A stretch of 23,111 nt of DNA, taken from assembly GCA_013416795.1 (NCBI GenBank), contig RQSC01000020.1, positions 273,188-296,298 of the forward strand. The letters run 5' to 3'. Both the position numbers and the translations under genes were made by a program. The notes under the pieces were generated by a model. That model had not been told where the DNA came from and made no database searches. It saw nothing but the letters and a program-made list of their open reading frames with translations. The first letter of the stretch is position 1. The number at the start of each line of letters is the position of its first letter. Source of the DNA: Prasinococcaceae sp. CCMP 1430 (lineage: Eukaryota; Plantae; Prasinodermophyta). This document shows, piece by piece, positions 1 through 10,623 of the stretch.

Positions 1-239
1 CGCGGGGCGCCGCGGCCGGGCGCTGCCGTTACGCGCGGGGGTGCGCGGCGGAGGCCGATCGCGCGAGCGCGCGGGGGGGTGAACGAGGGCCGGGCTAAGG
101 GGGGAGCCGGCCGAGGCAGGGGAGAGGGAGCGTGCCACACTGCACGGCCCGTGCAGCGTCCACGCGCGCCCTCCCAACACATCCCCGTGTCCGCCCCCCC
201 ACACACACACCGCCCGGCCCCCGCGTTCCCGCAGCGACC

Positions 240-1562
<1,323 letters not shown>

Positions 1563-1802
1563 ACAGTTCGATGTTGCTAGGCTTGGTAGAGCTCTCCGAC
1601 TCTGGTCTTCTCACTAGTAACATCCAGTACGTCGATTCTTTGCTCTTCGCCCGGCGTCGCCGTCAGCGCATCGCCTGCGCAGCGCACGCGCGCGGATGCA
1701 TGCGGGCGCCCCTCGCGGTGCTGCAGCACCATCAGACAATCCTGCTGCGTTCTTACTTGTACAGTATGATACAGGCGCGAGCAAAGGCCGTGCAGATGAT
1801 AA

Positions 1803-2618
1803 TCAGCGCAACCGGCGTGGCTGCGACCGCTGCTCGGCGCTGCCATCGCCGGCGCCATAGCCGACCCCGTCCGCGAGCTGCGTTTGTGTCCCCGGCGCAG
1901 CCTCGCTCGCGCTGTACTTGCCGTACGCGCCGAGCGCCTTGACCATGAAAGGTCGCACCACGTTCAGCTCCGAGTGCGAGATGTTTTCGATGGGCACATC
2001 CAGCGTGCGCTCCTTCAGCCCCGCGAGCGCCGAGTGTAGCTTGTTCTGCCTCACCGCGCGCAGGTCTTCCACGAGGCAGCGCACTCGCTCCGATCTCGGC
2101 ACGTCCTCTCTCGCATCCCGCAGTAGCAGCATCGCCATCTCGTAGTAGTAGAAGGGCAGGGAGTGGAACTCGTTCGCGTTGCGGTCCTCCTCGAGCGCGT
2201 CGGCGAGCGTGTCCGCGTTGAGCCAGGCGGGCGGCTGCACCTCGCATCTGTTCCGCCGCCTGAGGCTGAGTGCGAGCCAAAGCGGCACCTCGACGGGCTG
2301 CAGCGCTTTGAAGGGGCCGAACGCGCCGCTCATGGTCACCACTTTGTCCGATGTGAAGCGCGGGACTATGGACACCTTCTCATCCTCCGCGAGGTACACC
2401 ACCTGCGGCGCGCGAAAGAGAGGAAGAAAAGCGAGCGCAGGCAAGGCAGAGGTGTGAGCAGTGCAATGCGGAGGCGCACGCGCGGGTTGAGGCGCAGGCA
2501 ACACCCGCTGGCACCCTTGCCAGCGCAGCCGGAGAGCGCAATCGGGGACACGGTGCGGCGAATGCAGGTGGCGGGCTGTGGAGGGGCTCGCGCTGGGCGG
2601 AGGCTGCGAGCTCGCCAT
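1803..2618 (-). CDS. PSF2: GINS complex subunit PSF2; exon 2 is 2402-1803, exon 1 probably 2618-2550
   Basis: LAEDEKVSIVP...GPF...VEVPLWLALSLRRRNRC.VQPPAWL...LPFYYYEMA...LVEDLRAVRQNKL...ELNVVRPF is the Psf2 pattern. The acceptor at 2403 follows a pyrimidine tract. The donor is weak, so exon 1 is uncertain. Confidence 0.9.
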   Translation of the reverse strand: MASSQPPPSASPSTARHLHSPHRVPDCALRLRWQGCQRVLPAPQPARAPPHCTAHTSALPALAFLPLFRAPQVVYLAEDEKVSIVPRFTSDKVVTMSGAFGPFKALQPVEVPLWLALSLRRRNRCEVQPPAWLNADTLADALEEDRNANEFHSLPFYYYEMAMLLLRDAREDVPRSERVRCLVEDLRAVRQNKLHSALAGLKERTLDVPIENISHSELNVVRPFMVKALGAYGKYSASEAAPGTQTQLADGVGYGAGDGSAEQRSQPRRLR

Positions 2619-3072
2619 GGCGTGCTGCGACACGCTGTGCCGCCGCCCACCCGCGGCCAGGGCGCCCACGCCGCGCGCGCGCGCGAATACGCGCGCATTC
2701 GCCACTCGGCACCCGCGAGGCCATCGCCGACACAAACAGATGGCTGATGAATGATCACTCTGACTGACTGACTGACTGACTGCTGATCAACAAGCAAGGG
2801 CTGGCTGATGAGACTCCTGCTGACCGATCCGATCAAATACTCTCGGTCAGCCAACCAACCTGACTGATGGCGCGACGCCATCATTTCGTGCAGTCCGGCT
2901 CGGGCTCGGCCGGCGCGCGTCCATGCTGCCCCGGCCCCGCGCGCCCATCCGCGCCTGGGCCCCGCCCGCTGCGGCCCAGCCAACCGGCCAGCCAGAGGCG
3001 CCCAGGCAGGTGGGAGGGGAGCAGCAGCGCGGATGGGCGGGCGCAAAGGGCGGGAAGCGCTTTTCAGGCGAA
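2619..3072. promoter_or_regulatory. Putative bidirectional promoter between PSF2 and Miro
   Basis: About 450 nt between divergent start codons, with a lower-GC core (about 2735-2870) containing repeated CTGAT/CTGAC. Confidence 0.5.
2761..2782. repeat. (TGAC)5 tetranucleotide repeat
   Basis: tgactgactgactgactgactg read directly. Confidence 0.9.
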
Positions 3073-5256
3073 ATGGTCGGAATGGTGCGTTTGCAGAGAG
3101 AGCAGGTGGCAGCCGGCGCAGGCGCGCAGGCCCCGGCGCAGCAGGGTGCGCGGGCAGGCGGCGCACCCGTAGCGCCCGCGGGGAGCGGGCGCGCTGTGGT
3201 GCGCATCCTGGTGGTAGGTGACAAGGGCGTGGGCAAGACGTCGTTGGTGGCTGCAGTGGCGACCAAGTCATTCCCGGAGGGCGAGGTGCCCTCCACACAG
3301 CCGCTGACGGTGCTCGCCGCCGACGAGCTGCCGGACAATGTGCCCGTGCACATCACCGACAGCGACGCGCCAGCGGACCACGCCGCGCTGCGCGACGAGG
3401 TGCGCGCCACCGACGTGATCGTGCTCACGTACGCGGCGGACGACGACGCCTCCCTCGCGCGCGTGCGAACGCACTGGCTGCCTGAGCTGCGCGCCGCGGG
3501 CGCGGCCGTGCCAGTTGTGCTCGTGGGCTGCCGGCTGGACCTGCGCAGCTCGGCCAACCGCAACGCGACGCTCATGGAGGTCATTCAGCCCATCATGAAC
3601 GCGTTCTCCGAAGTGGAGACCTGCCTCGAGTGCAGCGCGAAGAAGCTCATCTACGTCACCGAGGTCTTCTACTACGCGCAGAAGGCCGTGCTGCACCCGA
3701 CCGCGCCGCTGTACGACACCGAAACTGGCGAGCTCAAGACGGACTGCGTGCGCGCGCTGAAGCGCATATTCGTGCTGTGCGACAAGGACAAGGACTCCCT
3801 GCTGAGCGATGAGGAGCTTAACGGCTTCCAGGTGCGCTGCTTTCGCGCCCCGCTGCAGCCCGAGGAGCTCGCGGGAGTCAAGCGCGTCATCGGGGACAAG
3901 ATGCCCAGCGAGGTGTCCGCTGAGGGCGTGACCTTCAAGGGCTTCCTGTACCTGCACGCGCTCTTCATCGAGAAGGGCCGCATGGAGACGACGTGGACCG
4001 TGCTCAGGCGCTTCGGGTACTCAGATGACCTCGCCCTGGCCCCTGAGCTCCTCGCGCTGCCGTTCGCGTACGAGGCGTCGCAGTCGGTGGAGCTTTCGGG
4101 CCGAGCGCGCACCTTCCTGAACTCGTACTTCTCGCGGATCGCCGACCCGCACGGGGACGGCTTCGCCACGCGCCGCGAGCTCGACGAGCTTTTCTACCCC
4201 GTGCCCACCTCGCCGTGGGAGGGCGACGGCGTAATGGTGGAGGAGGATGCCGACGGCAGGCTCGGCCAGAGCGCCTTCATGGCCCACTGGGCGGCGACGG
4301 CGCGGCGCTCGCCGCAGGCCGCGCACGCGGCGCTCACGTACCTTGGCTTCTCCGACGACGGGGCGCATGGCGGGGGCACCAGTGACTCCAGCAGCGTGGG
4401 TGGGCATGCCAGCGGTGGCATGCAAAGCATTGGGGCGGGCGGCGGAGGGGGGTGCAGCAGCGCGCTGGTCGTGAGCAGGCCGCGCGGTGCGGAGCGGCGG
4501 CGGCGGCGCGTGGGCCGCACGACGCTGCGCTGCGTGCTCGTCGGCGCCAAGGGCGCCGGCAAGCGGGGGCTGATGAACGGGCTGGTGGGGCGCCCGTACG
4601 ACGCGGCCCTGCCAGACGGGGTGACCACCGCCGCAGGGTGCATGATGGCGGTTGAGGGGATGGATGCGCAGGCGACCGCAACGCTGCTCCTCACGGCACT
4701 GGACGTCGACGCCGACTGCCGCGCCGACTCGATCGTCGCCGCGGCGGGACTCGAGTCGGCAGACTGCTGCGCCTTCGTCTTCGACAGCTCGTCGGCGGAG
4801 AGCTACCGTGTGGCGCACGCGGCGCTATTGCAGGTGGCCGAATGGTCGGCAGGCACCGACGCCGACCTGCCGTGCCTCATGGTAGCAGCCAAGGATGACC
4901 TGGGCATGGCGGAGGACATCGCGTCGAGGTCGAGCGAATTCTGTGCCTCGCTGGGTCTCGAGCCTCCCGTGCAGACGAGCGTGCGCGCAGGCGATGCCAA
5001 AACCGTCTACGAGCACATGCTCAGCGTGGCGGTGGACGTCAGCGCGGGGGTGCCTGAGACGGAGGCGAGCAGGCTTGCGCGCGCGCGCCGGAAGCAGCTC
5101 GTCACGTACGCGGCGTATGGCGCGGCCGCGCTCGGCGCGGTTGCGATCGGGGCATACATGTATCGCCTGGCCACGTCCACCAGCAAGCGCCGCGATGACG
5201 ATGGCAGGAGCGGCAGCTCTGCCCCGGCCTTCGCGAGCGCTCGCCTGGACCTGTAA
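3073..5256 (+). CDS. MIRO: Mitochondrial Rho GTPase (Miro): nGTPase, EF-hands, cGTPase, C-terminal TM; apparently intronless, ~727 aa
   Basis: GDKGVGKTSL P-loop; ECSAK; EVFYYAQKAVLHPT; RALKRIFVLCDKDKDSLLSDEELNGFQ (EF-hand); FLYLHALFIEKGRMETTWTVLRRFGY; hydrophobic tail anchor AAYGAAALGAVAIGAYMY. Start at ATG 3073 or 3082. Confidence 0.96.
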   Translation: MVGMVRLQREQVAAGAGAQAPAQQGARAGGAPVAPAGSGRAVVRILVVGDKGVGKTSLVAAVATKSFPEGEVPSTQPLTVLAADELPDNVPVHITDSDAPADHAALRDEVRATDVIVLTYAADDDASLARVRTHWLPELRAAGAAVPVVLVGCRLDLRSSANRNATLMEVIQPIMNAFSEVETCLECSAKKLIYVTEVFYYAQKAVLHPTAPLYDTETGELKTDCVRALKRIFVLCDKDKDSLLSDEELNGFQVRCFRAPLQPEELAGVKRVIGDKMPSEVSAEGVTFKGFLYLHALFIEKGRMETTWTVLRRFGYSDDLALAPELLALPFAYEASQSVELSGRARTFLNSYFSRIADPHGDGFATRRELDELFYPVPTSPWEGDGVMVEEDADGRLGQSAFMAHWAATARRSPQAAHAALTYLGFSDDGAHGGGTSDSSSVGGHASGGMQSIGAGGGGGCSSALVVSRPRGAERRRRRVGRTTLRCVLVGAKGAGKRGLMNGLVGRPYDAALPDGVTTAAGCMMAVEGMDAQATATLLLTALDVDADCRADSIVAAAGLESADCCAFVFDSSSAESYRVAHAALLQVAEWSAGTDADLPCLMVAAKDDLGMAEDIASRSSEFCASLGLEPPVQTSVRAGDAKTVYEHMLSVAVDVSAGVPETEASRLARARRKQLVTYAAYGAAALGAVAIGAYMYRLATSTSKRRDDDGRSGSSAPAFASARLDL

Positions 5257-5586
5257 GTCACGCGACTCTCCAGCGAGTCCTCGCCCGTGCGAGTGCGGGT
5301 CCCCGCGTTCCCGAGAGGTCGCGCATTGCTGCGCTCGCGCTCCTCGCTCGCGGTCCCTGGGAGCTCGTTGCCCTCACCGGCGCCGGCCGGCTCGCGTGCC
5401 TCCGGCGCGCGCGCCTCGCCCACCCCCGTGTCAACCAATGCTTGGACCTCGCTCACGCACATGTACGCTCGTGACTGTTGACCGTCGCCTTTCGGCCCTG
5501 CTGGGACCCTTTCCCGCGTGCGGACAGATCTTTCGGGGCGCCACGTGAGCACCACGTGCTGCCTGTTGTCCCCCCCACCCAACACA

Positions 5587-7785
5587 TCACGCTGACGAAA
5601 GCGCTTTCATTCGCGAAAGCGTCGCGCGTCGCACCTCCACCTCACATGTGCTTTGGTCCCCATCTCCCCCCACGGGCACCCTCCGTCCTCGCTCGTGGGC
5701 CCATCGCGCGTCCCCCAAATCCGCCGTTTCCGCGCCTGCGCGCATCGGATTTCGCGGTGGGGGCCGCGATCCCGGCGGGTCGATCGGGCCCGCGCCGCTC
5801 CGATCCGCACCTCCGACCGACGCAAAAGGGGAAACCACTGGATACGAGCGGCTCGCGCGGTATCGCGCCGCGGACGCGCAGGCAAAAGCGCACTGCCGGG
5901 GGGCCGCCGTCGTCCCTCGCGCGCGGATTGGCGGGAAGCGAAGCGCCGCGCGACGCCGCGCGCCCTCGAAGCAGCCCGGCGCCTCGGCGCCCAGCCGGCA
6001 CACGAGATCCGCAGCGGCCTCAGCCAGTGACCGCCACTTGTCTGCGATGGAGCCCTCATCGGCGAGTGCGCCCACCTCTTCTAGCTCAAGTACGAACTCC
6101 GCGGCAACATCAGTCGCCTCGAGCACCGCGGCGAAGGCGTCCGCCTCCGTCTTGGCGGGAAGGCCTGCACCCATTGCGCCGTTTCCTCCGTCCCCGCCCG
6201 CGCCCGCCTCCGCCAGCGCTGCAACACACGCGCCTAGGAGCGAGTAGCAGGCGGGCAGCACCGCCAGCGCGTCGCGCGCCGTCGCCTGCGCGGCGTCGCC
6301 GGCGAGCGCACGGTCCGCACGGGCCTGCGCCTCGCGCTCGCGTCGCGCATTTTCGGAGGGCACCGGCCCAGGCTCGGGGGTGGGCGCACTGTTTGCGGCC
6401 GGAGCGTCACCTCCACCCCCGTTCGCGGTGTGGACGCAAGCACGGCGCACGACGTCATGCTCATGCGCCGCGAGGCGCATGGCGTCATTTTGCAGCACCT
6501 CCACCTCGATGCGAGCGACGCGCGCACACAGCGCGAGCAGCGCGCCAGCGGGGAGCTGGAGGCCCGCCGGGGTATCGTTGGCGGGGTCGCAGAGGTAAGC
6601 GCTCGACACCTCGGGGGACATGCCGCCTTCGCAGAGCACTGCTGCCAGAACCTCGAGCGCTGCGGCCCTGTGCTCGGGCTTGATCTTGGCTGCGATGACG
6701 CCGGCGAGCGCGCCGCGCAGAGAATCCAGCCCGCCGCCTGCTGCAGCGGCGGCCAGCGCGCGCGGTCGGCTGCGCGCGCGGCGGGCCAGCGCAGCGAGCG
6801 CGACGAAGCGTGTCACGCCGGCGCTCGCCGCCGCCAGCGCACCCAGCGCGCACAGTGCGTCTGCCTCCGCGCCCACGTCAGCCCCCGCCGCCGCCGCGGT
6901 CGCGAGCAGCTCGGCCAGGAGGCAAGCCTTTTCGAGAAACGCGTCCTTCGAGGCGCCGCCGCCCCGCACCTGCCCACGACGGCCCTCCGCGCCGCCACCC
7001 TCCGAGCGCGCGAGCGCGCGCGCGAACGCGGCAAGCGTGCGCGTAAATCCCGCTGCAAAGAGGGCATCGAGACCCGCGGCAGCGCCCACCGCACCGACGA
7101 CCACGCCGTCCGCGCACGCGCGAGCGCACTCGAAGGCGTCCGACCCCGCCGCAAGCGCGGCCGCCCTGCTCGCCGCGGCGTCGCCGGCGTCGTCCTTTCC
7201 CCCCGCCTCCCCGGTCGTGTGCTCTGGACATCCGTCGGGCGCGCTCACGAGCGCGGACGCCGCGTCTTCGACAACACGCACCAGCGCGGGCGCGTGCCGC
7301 GACGCAAGGGCGCCCGCAAGCTCTGGCGCGCCGCGGGCGAACGTCGAGCAGATGCTCGCGCCGAGCTGCCTGTACGCCGCGCCGTTGGCCACCCCCGCGT
7401 TGCTGTTGAGCAGCCTCCCCAAAAGAGACGGCGCCATCGCAGCGTACAGCCGGCGCAGCGCGTGCGTGGGCGCGTCGGCGCCCGCGAGGAGCTTGGCGGC
7501 GAGCAGCGCGCCGGCGAGCCGCCGCTCGTCGCTGCCAGCGCGCAGCAGCGCCTCGCATTGCGCGAGCGCCGCCTCGGACTGCGCCGCGGAGGGTGGCGCC
7601 GCACTCGCGCGCGCGCCGCGGCCACCACCGCCGCCGGCGCCGCTTCCGTCGTCGACAGACTCGCCGTCGCCCTGAAGGCCGCCAGCGGCGCCCTCGCCGC
7701 CGGCGCCGGCGCCATTCGGCTTGGCATTCAGGCTTCGTCCCATCGCCGTCAGGTTCGTAGGGTCGGGGTTTGTTTTGGGTTTCAT
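5587..7785 (-). CDS. NCDN: Neurochondrin-like alpha-solenoid protein (possibly the C-terminal module of a fusion; own ATGs at 7785 and 7743)
   Basis: LAQCEALLRAGSDERRLAGALLAAKLL...LRRLYAAMAPSLLGRLLNS...AYRQLGASICSTFAR..PELA matches the plant neurochondrin N-terminus; VARIEVEVLQ and LPACYSLL match later conserved blocks. The last ~120 aa are not recognisable. Confidence 0.82.
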   Translation of the reverse strand: MKPKTNPDPTNLTAMGRSLNAKPNGAGAGGEGAAGGLQGDGESVDDGSGAGGGGGRGARASAAPPSAAQSEAALAQCEALLRAGSDERRLAGALLAAKLLAGADAPTHALRRLYAAMAPSLLGRLLNSNAGVANGAAYRQLGASICSTFARGAPELAGALASRHAPALVRVVEDAASALVSAPDGCPEHTTGEAGGKDDAGDAAASRAAALAAGSDAFECARACADGVVVGAVGAAAGLDALFAAGFTRTLAAFARALARSEGGGAEGRRGQVRGGGASKDAFLEKACLLAELLATAAAAGADVGAEADALCALGALAAASAGVTRFVALAALARRARSRPRALAAAAAGGGLDSLRGALAGVIAAKIKPEHRAAALEVLAAVLCEGGMSPEVSSAYLCDPANDTPAGLQLPAGALLALCARVARIEVEVLQNDAMRLAAHEHDVVRRACVHTANGGGGDAPAANSAPTPEPGPVPSENARREREAQARADRALAGDAAQATARDALAVLPACYSLLGACVAALAEAGAGGDGGNGAMGAGLPAKTEADAFAAVLEATDVAAEFVLELEEVGALADEGSIADKWRSLAEAAADLVCRLGAEAPGCFEGARRRAALRFPPIRARGTTAAPRQCAFACASAARYRASRSYPVVSPFASVGGADRSGAGPIDPPGSRPPPRNPMRAGAETADLGDARWAHERGRRVPVGGDGDQSTCEVEVRRATLSRMKALSSA

Positions 7786-8812
7786 GGTAGCGTTTGTATT
7801 CAAGGATCCAAACTCGACCCCAACGAGCTCGTCGGCGTCGATGCCCTCCTCGGCGACCTCGCCGCGGACCTCATCCTCGGCGCCTGCGCCTGCCTCGGCG
7901 TCTGATCCCCCCTCTTCGCCGTCGCTGTCGGCACGCAGCACCGCCAGCGTGTCGGAGTAGTCGTGGCGGCCGCCTCCGCCGCCGGCGGAGGCGAAGCGCG
8001 GCAGGTCGAAGCGGGACACGGCGCGCAGCGCGCGCCCCTCGTGGTTGAGGAGGACCGCCTTGCGCGATGCGCGCGTCAGCGCGTGCGGTGTCATGTGCGC
8101 GTGCACGCAAGCGTGTGCGCGCGCGTGTGTGCGTGCGTGCATGCGTGTGTGTACCTTGTGGCGGACGAGGCGGTCGGCGTGGTGGAGGTCGACGCCGCAG
8201 CTGCGAAGGATGTGGTCCACCGCCAGCGGGGCGCGCGCGGACGACGCGAGGTCGGCTGTGTATCGCACTCGTCAGTGCTGTGCTCGTCTTTGACACACAC
8301 GCACGCATACACACGCACACACCAGTACACACACACACGCACACGCACACGCACGCACGTGCACCCGCACTCACCGTCGTCGTCGGAGCCCCCCGCGGCG
8401 GCCTCGAACTCCTCGGGGGTAGGGACGTTGATGGTGTGCACGCGCACGCGCTTGGCCTGCTCCTCGGGCTCGAAGAGGGCGGCGAGGGCGCCTTCCGCGC
8501 CGCCGTCGACGTCGTCGCCATCGAATTCGCCGCCAAGGCCGTAGCGCGCCACGGCGACCTCGTCGAGCTCCTCCACGGCCGCAGGCTTGTCCCCGCGCCA
8601 CCAGTTGAAGAGGTACACCACACGGTCGAAGCCGGCGGCCTCGCCGACGTCCGCATCGGCGTCGGCGTCCCCCTCCGCGGGGGCACCGGCCTCGTCGCCG
8701 CTCTCGGCCTCTTCCTCGCTCCCCTGGGCGATGGCACCGCCGTGGCGGAGGGCGAAACGGCCGAAGGCGCCAATGTCAGCGGCAGACTCTCAGGGGCGCA
8801 CACATGCACATG

Positions 8813-8874
<62 letters not shown>

Positions 8875-8875
8875 N

Positions 8876-8934
<59 letters not shown>

Positions 8935-9636
8935 CCGCACACGCACGCACAGACCCAAGCACGCACGCACCTCGGCGATGACGCCTGCGCCTCCGTCGCT
9001 GCCTCCGCCGTGCCGCCTGGGCGCTCCGTCGAGCACGCCGTGCGAGAGCTCGCCCGGGAAGAGCAGCAGCTGGTCCTCTTCGGGGTAGCACAGCAGCGAG
9101 CGGCGCGGGCGGTGCTGCGCGCCGCGCGCCGCGGCCGCGGCGACGTCCGCAGGCGCCTCTTGCGCGACCACCGTGGGCGACAGGCGCGGGGGCGCCGACT
9201 CCGCTCGCGCCTTCGCGCGCGCGGCTGGGGGCTCGTACGCGTCCAGGTAGAGCACCGAGCTCCACTCGGGCGTGCGAAGCTCGCCGCCAGTGGCGTACGC
9301 CGCCTCGTCCTTCAGAGCGTCGATGCGCCAAGCGGGGAGCGGTCAGCCGCACATCGCGCTGTGGAAGCGCGCGCGCGCCCGCACACACACACACACGGCA
9401 TGGCCTGCCACTGCCACAGCGGCAGCGGCGCGTCTGTCACCCCCGCGCGGACTCACCTTGTCGAAGTGGAAGGCGCGCCCTGAGCCGCCGCGGTACGCCT
9501 GGCACCACCACTCGACGCCGCACCAGTCGGCGGGCAGCAGCCGGCGCACCACGCGCGCGTACAGCGCCGCGGCCGCGTGCGCGGCGGCGTACGCGTGCGC
9601 GCGCGCGTGCGCGCCTGCAGACGCATCTGCGCCTCC
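7786..9636 (-). CDS. 2OG-Fe(II) dioxygenase-like domain (HFDKDE type) plus acidic linker; exons ~9636-9457, 9309-8971, 8723-8375, 8255-8155, 8058 onward; 5' end unresolved
   Basis: The spliced reading gives GVEWWCQAY..RAFHFDK|DEAAY..TPEWSSVLYLD..LLLFPGELSHGVL..RVVYLFNWW, i.e. HxD...H iron triad plus a distal Arg. All four introns are GT..AG, phase-compatible, and have CTGAC branch-like motifs. Confidence 0.75.
8816..8930. repeat. (CA)n microsatellite, intronic, containing one N at 8875
   Basis: Directly visible. Confidence 0.95.
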
Positions 9637-9859
9637 CTGCGCGCGCGCGTTCGCGCGTGCGTCCCCGACGGCGGCGGCGCGCACGGCGGCTGCGACATGG
9701 CAGCCGCCGCGCGCGGCGCGCGCGGTGTGCGCACTCGCGCTTGCGCACACACGCGCGCACGCACCACATCCTTTGGGTTGGATGTTTAGGGTCAAATATA
9801 TAGGGTTCACATGTTGCTCATGATATGCTCCACGCCTCCCTGCTCCTGCTCCGTGTGCT

Positions 9860-10345
9860 CACAGCGTGTGTGCTCGGTGTGTGCATACGCACGCACACAG
9901 AGTTGCGCGCGCGCACACGCACACACGCGCACGCACACACACGCACACACGCGCACGCGCACGCACGCACACGCACGCACACGCACGCACACGCACACAC
10001 ACACACATACACGCACACGCACGCACGCGCACGCACGCTTTGTGTGTGTGTAGGGAGCGGGAGCGTGGTGTGGTGCGGCGTAGTGTGTTGTCGGCGGAGG
10101 CGGCAAAGGGCGCCACAGCGCGCGCGCTGGGGCGCGCGGCATGCTCCTCGCGCGCGCGCGCGTCTTCGCACACGCCCACGCACACACACGCGGCCGCACG
10201 CCCGCACTCAGGCACACGCGCGTCTCCACACGCGCACACACGCACGCGCACGGGCACACACGCGTCTCCACGCACATACACACGCTTGCACACGGGCACA
10301 CACGCGTCGCCACACACACGCGCGCGCGCGCACACACACGCGTGA
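9860..10345. repeat. Imperfect alternating purine-pyrimidine (CA/CG/TG) tract between divergent genes
   Basis: Near-continuous cac/cgc/gtg low complexity. It may contain the 5' exon(s) and intron(s) of the minus-strand gene. Confidence 0.8.
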
Positions 10346-10356
10346 ACGCTCGGGCG

Positions 10357-10570
10357 ATGGGCGGCGCGGGCGCGGGCGGCGTGCCCTTCCTGTCCGCGGC
10401 GGACGCGGCGGCGGTGGACGCCGAGCTGATGGGCTCGCTCGGCTTCTGCCTGGAGCAGCTCATGGAGCTCGCCGGACTCAGCGTCGCTGGTGCGTGCGCG
10501 CGTTTATGCGTGTGTGTATGCGCTCATTGCAAGCACGAACTCGCCCGCGCCCGCGGCTGACTCCGCCTAT

Positions 10571-10623
<53 letters not shown>

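Noticed and set aside
4375-4460. Gly/Ser-rich Miro insert as an unannotated intron
   Set aside because: The candidate GT and AG pairs I tested are phase-incompatible.
10140-10143. CATG palindrome giving back-to-back ATGs for both divergent genes
   Set aside because: Neither start is supported by homology; CATG is frequent by chance.
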